Below, piece by piece: positions 48,778-59,020 of a DNA stretch of 64,000 bases (position 1 is the stretch's first letter; each line of letters starts with the position of its first letter). The stretch spans positions 160,001 to 224,000 of the forward strand of contig JBNKHE010000003.1 of NCBI GenBank assembly GCA_050290185.1, given 5' to 3'. The stretch comes from Pontiella sp. (GTDB lineage Bacteria; Verrucomicrobiota; Kiritimatiellia; Kiritimatiellales; Pontiellaceae). Below the pieces are notes generated by a model. That model was given only the letters and a program-made list of their open reading frames with translations. It ran no database searches and was not told where the DNA came from. Both the position numbers and the translations under genes were made by a program.

Positions 48778-49443
48778 ATGACGGCATCCGGCCGCTATAT
48801 CTTTTGCGATATCGATGGCACGCTTCTGCGTGCCAAGGGCTCTGGGCGGATTGCCTTCGGTGAAGCCTTCCGCGAAGCCTACGGTGTTCCTGTAGACATG
48901 TCTCATATCAACTTTGCCGGAGCCACCGATATCCGAGTGGTGGAGCAATTGTTGCGCGAGAAAGGACTTCAGTCCGATCCGGGGAAAACCAGCTGCTTCT
49001 TCGAGTTGCTGCCGGTTTATCTGGATCGAAGCATGACCCCGTTCCCTCCGACGGTTTATCCGGGCGTTGAAATGTTTCTGAAGCGCGTGACGAAGCATTG
49101 GAGCCTCGGTCTGGTGACGGGGAATATCCGCGCCTGTGCCTATCTGAAACTTAAGCATGGCGGCATTGACCGCTATTTTGGCGAGATTGGCGGGTTTGGT
49201 GATGACGATGGAGACCGCAACCGTATGGCGGCCATCGCGCTCGAACGGGCAGGCAGTCCATCCGGTTCATTCCTGCTAGGTGATACACCATCGGACATTG
49301 AGGCTGCGCGTTCGAACGGGATGGTTTCCGTGGCCGTGTGCAATGGTCAGTTTGACCGGGCCACGCTGGAGGCGGAAAATCCAGATATCGTGGTGGACTC
49401 GTTCGAGGATGCCGAGCATCTGTTCCAGGCGTTGCAGGTATGA
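48778..49443 (+). CDS. HAD-superfamily hydrolase (phosphoglycolate phosphatase-like)
   Basis: DIDGTL, LVTGN, GDTPSDI motifs. Confidence 0.9.
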   Translation: MTASGRYIFCDIDGTLLRAKGSGRIAFGEAFREAYGVPVDMSHINFAGATDIRVVEQLLREKGLQSDPGKTSCFFELLPVYLDRSMTPFPPTVYPGVEMFLKRVTKHWSLGLVTGNIRACAYLKLKHGGIDRYFGEIGGFGDDDGDRNRMAAIALERAGSPSGSFLLGDTPSDIEAARSNGMVSVAVCNGQFDRATLEAENPDIVVDSFEDAEHLFQALQV

Positions 49444-50441
49444 GCACACCTTTCGAAAACTTAACGCCGGATCGTATTCTCGAGGCCATTGAAACCGGTA
49501 TGGACTGCCAGCTGACCGGCTTGACGTCTCCGCTGCCCAGTTATATCAACCGCGTCTACGAACTCGAGACTGTTGGCGAACAACGCTTGATTGCCAAGTT
49601 TTATAGACCGGGGCGCTGGCAACGAGCCGCCTTGCAGGACGAGCACGATTTTGTGCTCGATTGTGCCGCCGATGAAATCCCCGCAGTGGTGCCGATGGAA
49701 CTGGCCAACGGAAAGACCATTGGCGAATACGAGGGCATTCTGTATGCCGTCTTTCCCAAGAAGTCAGGTCGGGAGATGGATTTACATACGGATGAAGGGT
49801 GGCGCCGTCTGGGGAGCCTGGTGGGACGGATCCATCTCGCAGGATCGAAGCGTGGGGCGTTGAACCGGTTGCGGATGCATCCTGAAGCAACCACGATGCC
49901 GGAGATTGATGTTCTACTGAATGGCCGCTTCATGTCGCCGCACCAGTCGGACCGTTTCAAGGACGTCACCAGCCGTATTGTTGAAATTGCCGTTCGCGAG
50001 TTCGAGGGCGTCGAACTGCAGCGCATCCATGGCGACTGCCATCGGGCTAATATTCTGGAGCGTCCCGGCGAAGGATTGATGGTGATTGATTTTGATGACA
50101 TGGTCATGGGGCCGGCGGTGCAGGATATCTGGTTGCTGTTGCCGGGGAATTCCAATAGCTGCAGGCATGAAATCAACCTGATCCTTGAGGGCTACGAGCA
50201 GTTTGTTGATTTTGACGACCGGCAACTGCGGCTGGTGGAAATCCTGCGGGCCATGCGCATTATATATTTTCTTTCGTGGTGCAGCACACAGGTGGATGAT
50301 TTTAAATTCCAATCCAATTTTCCGGATTGGGGCAGTGAAATGTTCTGGCAACGCGAGATCGCCGATCTGGAGCATCAGTACCACGCCATACTCAATGACG
50401 AGCGGTTAAATGGCGCTGCGGGATCCTTCTTGGGAAATTAA
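49440..50441 (+). CDS. srkA: Ser/Thr protein kinase SrkA/RdoA (YihE) family
   Basis: SYINRVY, KFYRPGRW, IHGDCH..N, IDFDD...GPAVQDIW. Confidence 0.92.
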   Translation: MSTPFENLTPDRILEAIETGMDCQLTGLTSPLPSYINRVYELETVGEQRLIAKFYRPGRWQRAALQDEHDFVLDCAADEIPAVVPMELANGKTIGEYEGILYAVFPKKSGREMDLHTDEGWRRLGSLVGRIHLAGSKRGALNRLRMHPEATTMPEIDVLLNGRFMSPHQSDRFKDVTSRIVEIAVREFEGVELQRIHGDCHRANILERPGEGLMVIDFDDMVMGPAVQDIWLLLPGNSNSCRHEINLILEGYEQFVDFDDRQLRLVEILRAMRIIYFLSWCSTQVDDFKFQSNFPDWGSEMFWQREIADLEHQYHAILNDERLNGAAGSFLGN

Positions 50442-50506
50442 TGATATGGCGCACGACTAACTCCGTACTGTGTATTGATTCTTATGGCTCAACGGGTAGT
50501 CTGCTT

Positions 50507-50541
50507 CAATACGCAATACGCAATACGCAATACGCAATAGG
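50507..50541 (+). repeat. heptamer tandem repeat (CAATACG)x4 + CAATAGG
   Basis: Directly visible; abuts the RBS of the CpXC gene. Confidence 0.95.
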
Positions 50542-50549
50542 AATAATTT

Positions 50550-51239
50550 ATGAGCAGAAGCAAAAAATACAACATTAGCTGTCCGTCCTGCGGCCTGCAG
50601 CAGGAGGTGGAACTGTATGAAGCCGTCAATGTATCGACGGACCCGCATCTGAAGGATGCGCTGATGAAAAACTTTCTCAATCGCGTGGAGTGTCCTGACT
50701 GCGCGGCTAACTTTCGTGTCGACATGCCTTTGCTCTACAGCGATCCGGAGCACAATATCCTGATTCATTGGATGCCTGAAACCGAAGAATACTCACGGGA
50801 ACAGATTCTGGAGGATTTCGATCAAACGCTCGGTGAGATCAACGAGATCATGCCGGACGATGTGGCTGTGCCGCGTGTTTGTCTGGTGCTATCCCGCGTG
50901 GAGCTGGTGGAACTGATCTTCATGATCGAAGCCGGCTTCAACCAGCGGGTGGTGGAATACGTCAAGTACAGCATCTATACCCGCAATCTGGAAAAGGTCG
51001 ATCCGCACCGCTATCGTCTCCTGCTCAATGTGGAGGATTCCTCCGACGAGGAACTGTGCTTTGCTACTCAGGATGTCGGGACTCTGGATCTGGTCGGCAT
51101 TCTGCGCTATGGCCGGGCGGCGTATCAATCGATGTGCGACCTATATGAGGAAAATCCGGACGAGTTTATCGACATGTTTCCGGGGCCGTGCATCAGTGCG
51201 CGCAACCTATTGCTCGATGACGACGAGGTCGGGGCCTGA
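50550..51239 (+). CDS. CpXC-domain protein (zinc-ribbon-like)
   Basis: ISCPSCG...VN..DP.LK..L....CPDC.....PLLYSDP pattern. Confidence 0.8.
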   Translation: MSRSKKYNISCPSCGLQQEVELYEAVNVSTDPHLKDALMKNFLNRVECPDCAANFRVDMPLLYSDPEHNILIHWMPETEEYSREQILEDFDQTLGEINEIMPDDVAVPRVCLVLSRVELVELIFMIEAGFNQRVVEYVKYSIYTRNLEKVDPHRYRLLLNVEDSSDEELCFATQDVGTLDLVGILRYGRAAYQSMCDLYEENPDEFIDMFPGPCISARNLLLDDDEVGA

Positions 51240-51241
51240 AT

Positions 51242-52249
51242 CTAAAACTTGTATAGCAGGCTGGTCAGCAGGGCCTTGTCGTAATATCCGCGATCGTCGT
51301 AGTATACTTCCGTGTCGCGGTCGAGCCGGTATTCCAGACGCAGGAAGATATCGTGGATAAGTTTGTTCTCCAGTCCGGCCGTGAATACAAAGTGATAGTC
51401 GGTAAGATCGCCCAGATGCGTATATTTCTGGATCAGGGTTAGCGAGTTGATGATTTGCCAGCGCAGGGATTCATCGAAAATGAACTTGGGCTGGGTCACG
51501 TTAAGTTCTTCTTCCTGCTGCGTTGCTTCGTTGTAGGAAATCCGGTCGAACTGGTGATATCCCCCTCCGGCCGAAGTTGCAAACTCGAAATCGGGGAGCG
51601 TCAGCCATTTGATGCCCATTTGTGCAGTTTGCAGGTATTCATTATCGATCTGCCGTCGGTAGTCCTGCTGATACATGGTTTTGGCAGTCGCGTAGTAGTT
51701 TTCCCGAAAATCGTGGGTGTACCGCTGTGTGATGTTGAGAAAGTCATCCTGCTTTTCATATTCGTCACGGCTGTAGCGGTAGGTCCAGTTCCAGCGGAGC
51801 TTGTTCTTGTTTGAATCCCAGCCCATGTCGCCATAGAACCGATAGGTTTCATTCTTATCCGTTCCCGTAACACCTGTGGCGTTGTATTTAACGGATTCGC
51901 GCATGGCGAGGGACAGACCGGTCTGCCCGGACCAATGGGCTTCTGGTTCGGACTTTTCCTGCACCTGCATGGGTGGAGGCTGCGATCCGGATATTACAGA
52001 ACCTTCCGCCGGGATGGCTTCGTTTAGAGCGCCTATCTGTTTATCGGATAGGATCTTGGAGATGTCTTTTTTTTGCAGGCTGACCGCCCCGACTGCACGT
52101 GATCTGAAATACACATGTTCCGGGGTTTCCTTTAGGATATCGCCGGTTAGGGAATCACCATTCTTGAGCAGGATGGTCTCCTCGGCAAAGCCCGGAAACG
52201 CCGTGATTAATAAGGCGAGGAGGAATATTGTTGTCTTATTTTTGGTCAT
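51242..52249 (-). CDS. DUF481-like outer-membrane beta-barrel protein
   Basis: Signal peptide, ILLKNGDSLTG N-domain, amphipathic strands, terminal LLYKF. Confidence 0.75.
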   Translation of the reverse strand: MTKNKTTIFLLALLITAFPGFAEETILLKNGDSLTGDILKETPEHVYFRSRAVGAVSLQKKDISKILSDKQIGALNEAIPAEGSVISGSQPPPMQVQEKSEPEAHWSGQTGLSLAMRESVKYNATGVTGTDKNETYRFYGDMGWDSNKNKLRWNWTYRYSRDEYEKQDDFLNITQRYTHDFRENYYATAKTMYQQDYRRQIDNEYLQTAQMGIKWLTLPDFEFATSAGGGYHQFDRISYNEATQQEEELNVTQPKFIFDESLRWQIINSLTLIQKYTHLGDLTDYHFVFTAGLENKLIHDIFLRLEYRLDRDTEVYYDDRGYYDKALLTSLLYKF

Positions 52250-52322
52250 TGGGCGGTGTGTTGTTTTAATGGGTTGAGGGGAAGCTATCGGTTTGGGAGT
52301 GGCTGGTCAATGCACGCAAAAT

Positions 52323-52352
52323 GAAAAACGCCCCGAGATTGAGGCGTTTCTC
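52323..52352. terminator. terminator hairpin downstream of lpdA
   Basis: GAAAAACGCC...GGCGTTTCTC inverted repeat. Confidence 0.65.
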
Positions 52353-52377
52353 TTTTGATATGCAGTTTGGGGACTGG

Positions 52378-53766
52378 TTATCGGGCCGGAGGAGCGTGGA
52401 TACAGGCCTTGTGGAGCGCATGGGCGGCTTCCATCCAGACCTCGGCAAAGGTCGGGTGGGCATGTACGGTATTACCCAGTTCCTCGGCCGTGAGTTCCTC
52501 GCGAACGGCTATAACCATTTCGCTGATCAGATCGGTGGCGTGCGGGCCGGCACACTGAGCACCGATGATCCGGTCGCTGTCCTTTTCTGCGATAATCTTA
52601 ACGAAGCCTTCGGTCTCGTTCGAGGCCATGGCTTTGCCGAGACCTCGGAAGGCAAACTTGCCGACATTGGTTTCGATCCCCAGTTTTTTGGCTTCAAGTT
52701 CCGTTACTCCAACGAGCGCCACTTCCGGAGAGGTAAAGATGACGCCAGGAATGACCACTTCCTCAATCTTCTCTGCGTCTTTAAGGGCGTGCTCAACGGC
52801 ATAAACCGCCTGAGAGGTTGCCGCATGGGCGAGTTGCATCCGTCCGGATACATCGCCAATACAGTAGATGTGAGGCACGTTTGTACGGCTTAATTCATCC
52901 ACATCGATATAACCCCGGTCATTGGTCGCAATGCCGGCAGCTTCTACATTGAGTCCATCCGTGACGGGACTGCGACCGATGGCCACCAGAAGCATATCGG
53001 CTTCGAGTTGCTTGTCGCCTGCGGTGGCCGTAACCCCCTTGTCGGAGGCAGCAATGTTTTCCATCGCATCGCCGGTCAGAAGTGTCATGCCGAGTTCATC
53101 CTTCATGTGCTTCTTGACCACCTGCCGCACATCCTTGTCCAGCAACATCAGCACATCGGCCAGCAATTCGACGACAGTCACCTTGACTCCGAGGCCGGCG
53201 GCCATGCAGGCCAGTTCGCATCCAATATAGCCGCCACCCAGCACCAGCAGGCTTTTCGGAAGTTTTTCCAGTTCAAGGAACGCGCGGCTTTCGACAATGC
53301 GTTCGTGCTTTGGAATGAATCCCGGTACCGTGGAAGTGGAACCGGTGGCAATGATAATGTTCTTGCCGGTGATCTCTTTAGTCGATCCATCTGAGGCTGA
53401 AACGGCAATGGTGTTGGCGTTGCGGAACGAGCCGGTTCCTTCAAATACGGTAACGCCGTGCGACTTAAGCAGGGAGCCGATTCCACTTTGCAGGTTCTGG
53501 ACGACCTGATCCTTGCGCTGTTTCATGGCGGGGTAGTCGATTTTCGGCTTGCCGACGCTAATGCCAAAGCTTTCGGCGTGCAGAATTTTTTGATAGACTT
53601 CCGCGCCGGCAATCAGGGTTTTGGTAGGAATGCATCCGCAGTTAAGGCAGGTTCCTCCCAGCCATTCGCGCTCGATAATGGCGGTTTTTGCGCCCAGTTG
53701 GGCGGCTTTGATGGCCGCAGGATATCCGCCCGGGCCGGCTCCAATTACAATTACATCAAAATCCAT
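52378..53766 (-). CDS. lpdA: dihydrolipoyl dehydrogenase
   Basis: GAGPGG, GGTCLNCGCIPTK, GGGYIG, LAHAA, HAHPTFAE. Confidence 0.96.
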   Translation of the reverse strand: MDFDVIVIGAGPGGYPAAIKAAQLGAKTAIIEREWLGGTCLNCGCIPTKTLIAGAEVYQKILHAESFGISVGKPKIDYPAMKQRKDQVVQNLQSGIGSLLKSHGVTVFEGTGSFRNANTIAVSASDGSTKEITGKNIIIATGSTSTVPGFIPKHERIVESRAFLELEKLPKSLLVLGGGYIGCELACMAAGLGVKVTVVELLADVLMLLDKDVRQVVKKHMKDELGMTLLTGDAMENIAASDKGVTATAGDKQLEADMLLVAIGRSPVTDGLNVEAAGIATNDRGYIDVDELSRTNVPHIYCIGDVSGRMQLAHAATSQAVYAVEHALKDAEKIEEVVIPGVIFTSPEVALVGVTELEAKKLGIETNVGKFAFRGLGKAMASNETEGFVKIIAEKDSDRIIGAQCAGPHATDLISEMVIAVREELTAEELGNTVHAHPTFAEVWMEAAHALHKACIHAPPAR

Positions 53767-53878
53767 GATTTATCTCTCCTTAAATGATGATCGGAGTATT
53801 GGTAAATTCGTTGTGCGGAGTCAACTTAAAGGCGAATTCAATCATGAAACGGGAAGTATTTTGTCTTTATCCCAGATG

Positions 53879-53894
53879 TGGCACTCAGAATGCT
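53879..53894 (+). promoter_or_regulatory. sigma-54 (-24/-12) promoter candidate of the GspG-like pilin gene
   Basis: TGGCACTCAGAATGCT: GG-N10-GC with TGGCAC and TGCT, 54 bp upstream of the ATG. Confidence 0.65.
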
Positions 53895-53947
53895 CTATTA
53901 AGCTAATAGATGATTGTGTTCATGTTACTGGTTGGAGAATTGGACCC

Positions 53948-54430
53948 ATGAAAAGACAAAATGGTTTTACCCTGATCGAAATTATGGTGACGGTTGGCAT
54001 AATCGGCCTCCTTGCTGTGCTCGCTTCTGTCACGATGTCGAAAGCACGCAACTCGTCGTTGCAAAAACAGACTGAAACGGAATTGCGTTTTCTGTCCGCA
54101 GCGATCCTGCAGATGGCGTGGGATACGGGCCGTTGGCCGAATCAGGCCATTAGAACCACTCCGGGTAGCACCGAAGTATGGGATTTATCTCCAGGAAGTT
54201 GCGGTCTCTTAAGCAATGACGGAAGTTACGAAAACTGGAAGGGGCCCTATTATGAGGGAGACTTTCATGATGCTTGGTGGAGTGCAAAGGAAGATCATCG
54301 TGTATATTTCTTCGATCCTGACTACCTCATCGATGGAGTCAATCATGTGGTCGTTGGATCATTCGGCCCCAACGGAGAGGGACGCAATCAGTATGACAGC
54401 GATGATATCTACATCCTGCTCGATGATTGA
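53948..54430 (+). CDS. type II secretion major pseudopilin (GspG-like) / type IV pilin
   Basis: Class III signal MKRQNG|FTLIEIM; WKGPY, SFGPNG, DDI motifs of the GspG family; GGAGA RBS. Confidence 0.85.
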   Translation: MKRQNGFTLIEIMVTVGIIGLLAVLASVTMSKARNSSLQKQTETELRFLSAAILQMAWDTGRWPNQAIRTTPGSTEVWDLSPGSCGLLSNDGSYENWKGPYYEGDFHDAWWSAKEDHRVYFFDPDYLIDGVNHVVVGSFGPNGEGRNQYDSDDIYILLDD

Positions 54431-55224
54431 GGATGTTGTTAGCGCGCTGCCTAATTCTCCATTCCGGACTGGATAGCGCATTCCAGAAAGCCTTTTACGA
54501 TTCTGTTGAATGAGGACTGGTGGCTTGTGTTCAGGGGGCACTTTTTGTTCCAGCACTTATATGTTGTGAGCCAGCTTCCACAACGATGAGTCTGGGTGCG
54601 AGCGCGAATGCAATCGGGGGCCTGGCTGTCTGACTGTTCTGCGCTACATCGAAAAACGGACAATGAGGGCATCCTCCCTCCATCCCGGATACAACCCTGA
54701 TTCGCATTTGAATCTAAACATTTAGCTGCCGGATCTATATTGCTCCCCGCTCTCCATGAATCCATGGAAACGACCGATAGGCGTGATGAAATCAACGCTC
54801 TTCGCCTAGGTTGCCGTTTGGTTCCTATGAACCATTCGCTGTCGCAGACAGGAACCTAAAAAAGTTCATGACCTATCTGCGGTGTAAGTGATTGAGCAAC
54901 CTAGAATAGGGCAGGATCACCGATCCGTCCGATCGCAAAGCGGTGCGGCGAGAGAGTCCTGCCTTCCCGGAAATGGGCCATGATCCGATTGGCACTTCCT
55001 AAAGGTTTTACAAGGATGAATCGCCGTCCGAGATGTTGAGCAGGCGAAGATTGGGCGCTATGCGCTTCCAATCACCTGCGGTACGATGATAGCCGCGTAT
55101 CGCCCGCTTCTAGCGGGCTCCGAAGCCTCCATGATGGCGGCCGAGCTGTATCGCAAGCGGGGCGCCTGCTGCCCGATGGGCCGGAACGAAACCTTAAGGA
55201 AATGCCATTCGGCTCATGAAGCAT

Positions 55225-55265
55225 AAAAAAAGCCCCGATTCCAAGGGAGTGAGGAACCGGGGCTT
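55225..55265 (-). terminator. intrinsic terminator of the minor-pilin operon
   Basis: AAAAAAAGCCCCG.TTCC...GGAA.CGGGGCTT; T-tract on the minus strand. Confidence 0.75.
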
Positions 55266-55286
55266 AGGGGTTTGTGAGGGGAATCT

Positions 55287-56519
55287 TTATTTCTGCCAGG
55301 CGGCGATGGCAATGTAGTCGGTGGTTACCGAGCTACCGGGTGGTGAGGGAACGTTTTGCTCGAAATCGCTCAGGATATCCGAGTTCCCTGCTTTTTCTAT
55401 GTCGCCGTTGACAATGATCTGGCCAATTACGGTTCCGTTGGCGGTCATGTGAAAATTGCTTTTCTTGCAGTATATGAGTCCACGCAGGGTCCCTGTGCTG
55501 GTCACCTGAATTTCTCCGTCGCGGGCTGCAAGACCGAAGGCGCAGGTGCTGGGAGTGACATTAACTTGTCCTGAGATGTGAATCTGTCCTGTGGCAATGA
55601 TGGATCCGTTTATCGTGGTTCCGGGGCCACCGGAGCACATAACATCCCCATTAACCCAGAGAATGCCTCCGTTGGGGGTGTAGGAGGAACTGGTGCTGAA
55701 TCCATTATGCACTTCGCCATGGTCCAGAGCCCAGTTGTAGTAGGGCGTAAGGTCGATATCGGGAATGGCTACATTGGCCACCTGGGTTTGTGTCACGGTG
55801 CCGCCGATCGCCAATGCTTTTTTATAAATTACCTCCTTAGCCGTTACATCTCCCAGGGCTTTGGCGTTACCCTTGAGTTCCACCAGAATAGAAGAGGATA
55901 GATTGGCCCCGGCTCCGGCTGTTCCGCTCAGTATCATGGCTCCGTTGGAGTGGATCTTGGTTCCGCCGGGCGTCGTGATGGTTCCGCATCCCGTGAAATG
56001 AATCTCCTTGCCACAGAGAATTCCATAGCTGAACGCCTCGTTATCCAGAACCTCACCGTTATCGCTGGCTCCTCCGAGGTTCTGTACGCTGACGATAGAT
56101 TCGGCCGATACGGAACCACAGGTGCCTGTGGTGGTGACTAGAGCGGAAGAGTCGCCAATCGTGTCCACAGTGATGTTGTAACTGGCACCGTCCTGTGAAG
56201 AACTAAAGGAATAACTCGGTTTGGCGGACATCGATGTTTTAGACCCAGGCTGTCCCGATGGATCCGAGAAGGAACTAAACTTTGAGGAATCGTATCGGGA
56301 CGCCCAATCGGTTGACAGAATGGCGTAGCCGTATTCGCAACCAGCTTCTGCCATGGCTGTGGCCTTGATCTGCTGTGTAAGATGGCGGGAAGTAAAGGCT
56401 CGCTGCGATGATGAAAATGACAGCATCGCCAGAAATGTTGAGATTGCAGCAATGAAGAGTAGGACTACGAGAAGAGCAAAGCCGCCCTTTTCGGTCGATG
56501 GTTTGTTTTTAGCATTCAT
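55287..56519 (-). CDS. PilX/GspK-like minor pilin
   Basis: KGG|FALLVVLL (no Glu5), A.AMAEAG.EY motif, C-terminal beta-solenoid-like region. Confidence 0.75.
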   Translation of the reverse strand: MNAKNKPSTEKGGFALLVVLLFIAAISTFLAMLSFSSSQRAFTSRHLTQQIKATAMAEAGCEYGYAILSTDWASRYDSSKFSSFSDPSGQPGSKTSMSAKPSYSFSSSQDGASYNITVDTIGDSSALVTTTGTCGSVSAESIVSVQNLGGASDNGEVLDNEAFSYGILCGKEIHFTGCGTITTPGGTKIHSNGAMILSGTAGAGANLSSSILVELKGNAKALGDVTAKEVIYKKALAIGGTVTQTQVANVAIPDIDLTPYYNWALDHGEVHNGFSTSSSYTPNGGILWVNGDVMCSGGPGTTINGSIIATGQIHISGQVNVTPSTCAFGLAARDGEIQVTSTGTLRGLIYCKKSNFHMTANGTVIGQIIVNGDIEKAGNSDILSDFEQNVPSPPGSSVTTDYIAIAAWQK

Positions 56520-56535
56520 GGCCTTCTCCTTGGTT

Positions 56536-58560
56536 CTAGTGTCCGGTATTTCTCGGTCGAATATCGGAAAATAATGACGAAGTTACTCGCTTGGTATTCT
56601 TGTTGAGGTTATATATATCTTTATAGATCATGAGGTCGACGGTGAGGGCGGATTGTAAAGGAACGCCATCAACCAGGACTTCGACGATTCCGTAATCGGG
56701 GCCTTTGGTCATAACTCCGGTTATATTAACAAGTTGCATGTCTCCAGTCCAGTCGATCGTTACATCCTTGAGCTTGGGGGTCGACAGGCCGTCGCTGCTC
56801 GATTGAAACTGGGCCTGGAACTGTACATATCGCTTATAGGATGCGCTTATGGCATGCGAGCTTGCTGAGGCTGTGATATTGGTCCAGTCGCTCGCATCGG
56901 ACAGGTCTGCCAAGTCTCCGGTATGAACCTTGGTCGTCAGCACGGTTCCTGCGGGCACGTCAGCGTTCCATACCACATCTCCGTAGACCGGACTTCTCAG
57001 GCGGGTGTCAAAAATCTGCGAGGTATAGGTGCCGTTTGCCGGATAACTGACTGAGATGGACGAGAGCGCGAAAATGTGGTTCGTCGGGGTTCCGTTGACG
57101 TAACACTCCGTATTGGCTGTCATGTTATTGGTCCATGACATGGGAAAGCACCTGGAGGGGTCATTATTTATCTTGAATTTGACCAGATAGTTGTTGGTCT
57201 TGTTGATATCCATGTCGACCCATGTGGTTGTGGCGGACATTCCCGGCAATAAGATATCTGATTGGTCGGATAGACTCCCTCCCACCACAAACTGTGCTTT
57301 TTCCGCTGTGCTCCATGCGAATTTCGTTGTTTCTTGCGCCGTGGTTTTTCCGATATAGACATCTTTGATTTGCAAGTTTCCTTTGCGGCTGGCCTGGAAG
57401 GTCAATTTGCATTTGCGCCCGTTATAGGCAATCCAGTTTCCATTGGTCAGCAGCTCGGATCCATTGATGTGAACGTATACCGTTTTGTCCATCAGGGTGG
57501 TATTAGATACGGAGAGACCGCCTTCGCATCCGGTTTGAAGAGCTGCCTGCCACGCCACATCATTACCCTCCATTTGGACAACGAAGTCCTTCGGACTAAG
57601 CGTTTCGTCGAATTTGATCACGGTATTGTCGGCTTCGTAGCCAATGGCTCCGAAATTGGATTCCTCCCATCGGTCATTATCCATCGTGAGGGTAAAAGAA
57701 TTCCCGACGGCTGTGGCCGGGAAGTAGAGCTGGTGGTTTCCTTTCCACGAGCCGTTGGCAATATACTGAGCAACGGCAGTTGCACCTGATTGGGTTGTGA
57801 CCGGAAGTTGGGCCTCTGCTTCGCGTTCGCCATAGGATGGAGAAACATAGAGTTGATCAATCCCGATCTTGTATCCGCGTGAAGCGGCGTTTTTTCCAGC
57901 TACCTTGAATTGGAAGGTGTGCGGGCCGTTGGCGATTAGCGTATACCCAAGGCTGGCGGTTTCACGTTCTGTGATGGATGAATAGGCATCGAAAATGCCT
58001 GCCTTTGGGCTGATTGACCAGTCCAGCAGGTTTTGAAAAACCATGTGAGTCGAGGCGTTGTTTCCGTTGTAGGTGCCCGATCCAGACCCTGATGTTACCA
58101 CCGCGTCCAACTGCGCCTGCCTCTGCGTGTCGCTCAGTGTATTGATTCGGTTGTCGAATGTGGTCACGCGCAACTCGTTTGGGCTGCTGGGCCAGATGTG
58201 GTAGACGAGGGTTTTATCCCATATAATCTTTCCGCTGGCATCCAGTTCGAACAGGCCATCGCCATCGCTGTCCTCAGCCAATGGGAAGCTGATCGCGGTA
58301 TAGGGTCCCGGGCCGGCTGGATAGTAGAAGATTTCATCGAGCGAGGACAGCCGCAGGTCCTTCTTAAGACGTTCCATAGCTAGCTGGACGTCGATGTCGA
58401 GATCACTCTGCGTATCGCTTTCATTGGTGTTCTTAAGCGCAAACATATAGCCGCCGATGGCAATGCCAAGCACCAGCGTCGTGATCGTAACGGAAATGCT
58501 GGCCTCAACAAGGGTGAAGCCGTGTTTGGATCTGACTGCTCTGGACGTTGGATTGATCAT
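56536..58560 (-). CDS. large PilW/GspJ-like prepilin-type N-methylation protein (674 aa)
   Basis: HG|FTLVEAS class III signal; AMERLKKDLR helix motif; long beta-rich extension. Confidence 0.8.
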   Translation of the reverse strand: MINPTSRAVRSKHGFTLVEASISVTITTLVLGIAIGGYMFALKNTNESDTQSDLDIDVQLAMERLKKDLRLSSLDEIFYYPAGPGPYTAISFPLAEDSDGDGLFELDASGKIIWDKTLVYHIWPSSPNELRVTTFDNRINTLSDTQRQAQLDAVVTSGSGSGTYNGNNASTHMVFQNLLDWSISPKAGIFDAYSSITERETASLGYTLIANGPHTFQFKVAGKNAASRGYKIGIDQLYVSPSYGEREAEAQLPVTTQSGATAVAQYIANGSWKGNHQLYFPATAVGNSFTLTMDNDRWEESNFGAIGYEADNTVIKFDETLSPKDFVVQMEGNDVAWQAALQTGCEGGLSVSNTTLMDKTVYVHINGSELLTNGNWIAYNGRKCKLTFQASRKGNLQIKDVYIGKTTAQETTKFAWSTAEKAQFVVGGSLSDQSDILLPGMSATTTWVDMDINKTNNYLVKFKINNDPSRCFPMSWTNNMTANTECYVNGTPTNHIFALSSISVSYPANGTYTSQIFDTRLRSPVYGDVVWNADVPAGTVLTTKVHTGDLADLSDASDWTNITASASSHAISASYKRYVQFQAQFQSSSDGLSTPKLKDVTIDWTGDMQLVNITGVMTKGPDYGIVEVLVDGVPLQSALTVDLMIYKDIYNLNKNTKRVTSSLFSDIRPRNTGH

Positions 58561-58982
58561 AGGTGTTTGGCAATATAGGTATTGATGGTTTGTTCCGCTG
58601 GCGCGAATTCCAGCGTTTTTCGGTTCTGGATGTCCACAGTAATGGCCAACTGATAGAGATTGGTGTTGAGTGTCGTGATAACCGTAGAGCGTCTGAAGTG
58701 GCCTGTTAGGCTGGGACTTCCGTTTGCGTCGAGGAGAATTTGGTCTTCCTGCAAGTCTGGAATCTGATCGAACTCAAAGGTACGTGCCAGCTCCATGCGA
58801 TCCTTGGCCAGGTTTGCTGCGATGTAGTGATCGCGCGCCATGTCGAGTGTTCGCCGGTGTATGACAAGCATTTTACAGGTTCCGACAGCAAACGAGCCGA
58901 ACAATGCAAGAGCCAGCATGACCTCGGTAAGAGAGGTTCCGGCGCGACTTTTGCTATGTTTTCCTGTGGGTTTACTCTTCAT
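58557..58982 (-). CDS. PilV/GspI-like minor pilin
   Basis: RAG|TSLTEVMLAL, AANLAKDRME motif; ATGA overlap with the next gene; start could be 58982, 58991 or 59003. Confidence 0.8.
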   Translation of the reverse strand: MKSKPTGKHSKSRAGTSLTEVMLALALFGSFAVGTCKMLVIHRRTLDMARDHYIAANLAKDRMELARTFEFDQIPDLQEDQILLDANGSPSLTGHFRRSTVITTLNTNLYQLAITVDIQNRKTLEFAPAEQTINTYIAKHL

Positions 58983-59020
58983 TCCGTTCATTCGGTTGCA
59001 CACTAAATCACATATATAAT

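Noticed and set aside
53621..53947. Upstream extension of the GspG-like ORF
   Set aside because: Overlaps the lpdA start; the class III signal peptide and RBS fix the start at 53948
53948..54430. Electrically conductive e-pilin
   Set aside because: Aromatic-rich overall, but with a ~40-residue aromatic-free gap in the N-terminal helix and clear GspG motifs
54900..55020. Cobalamin riboswitch on the minus strand (CGGGAAGGC...CCTGCC)
   Set aside because: The other core elements (AGGGAA, GCCACTG, CCCGCAACTGT) are missing, and no downstream gene fits
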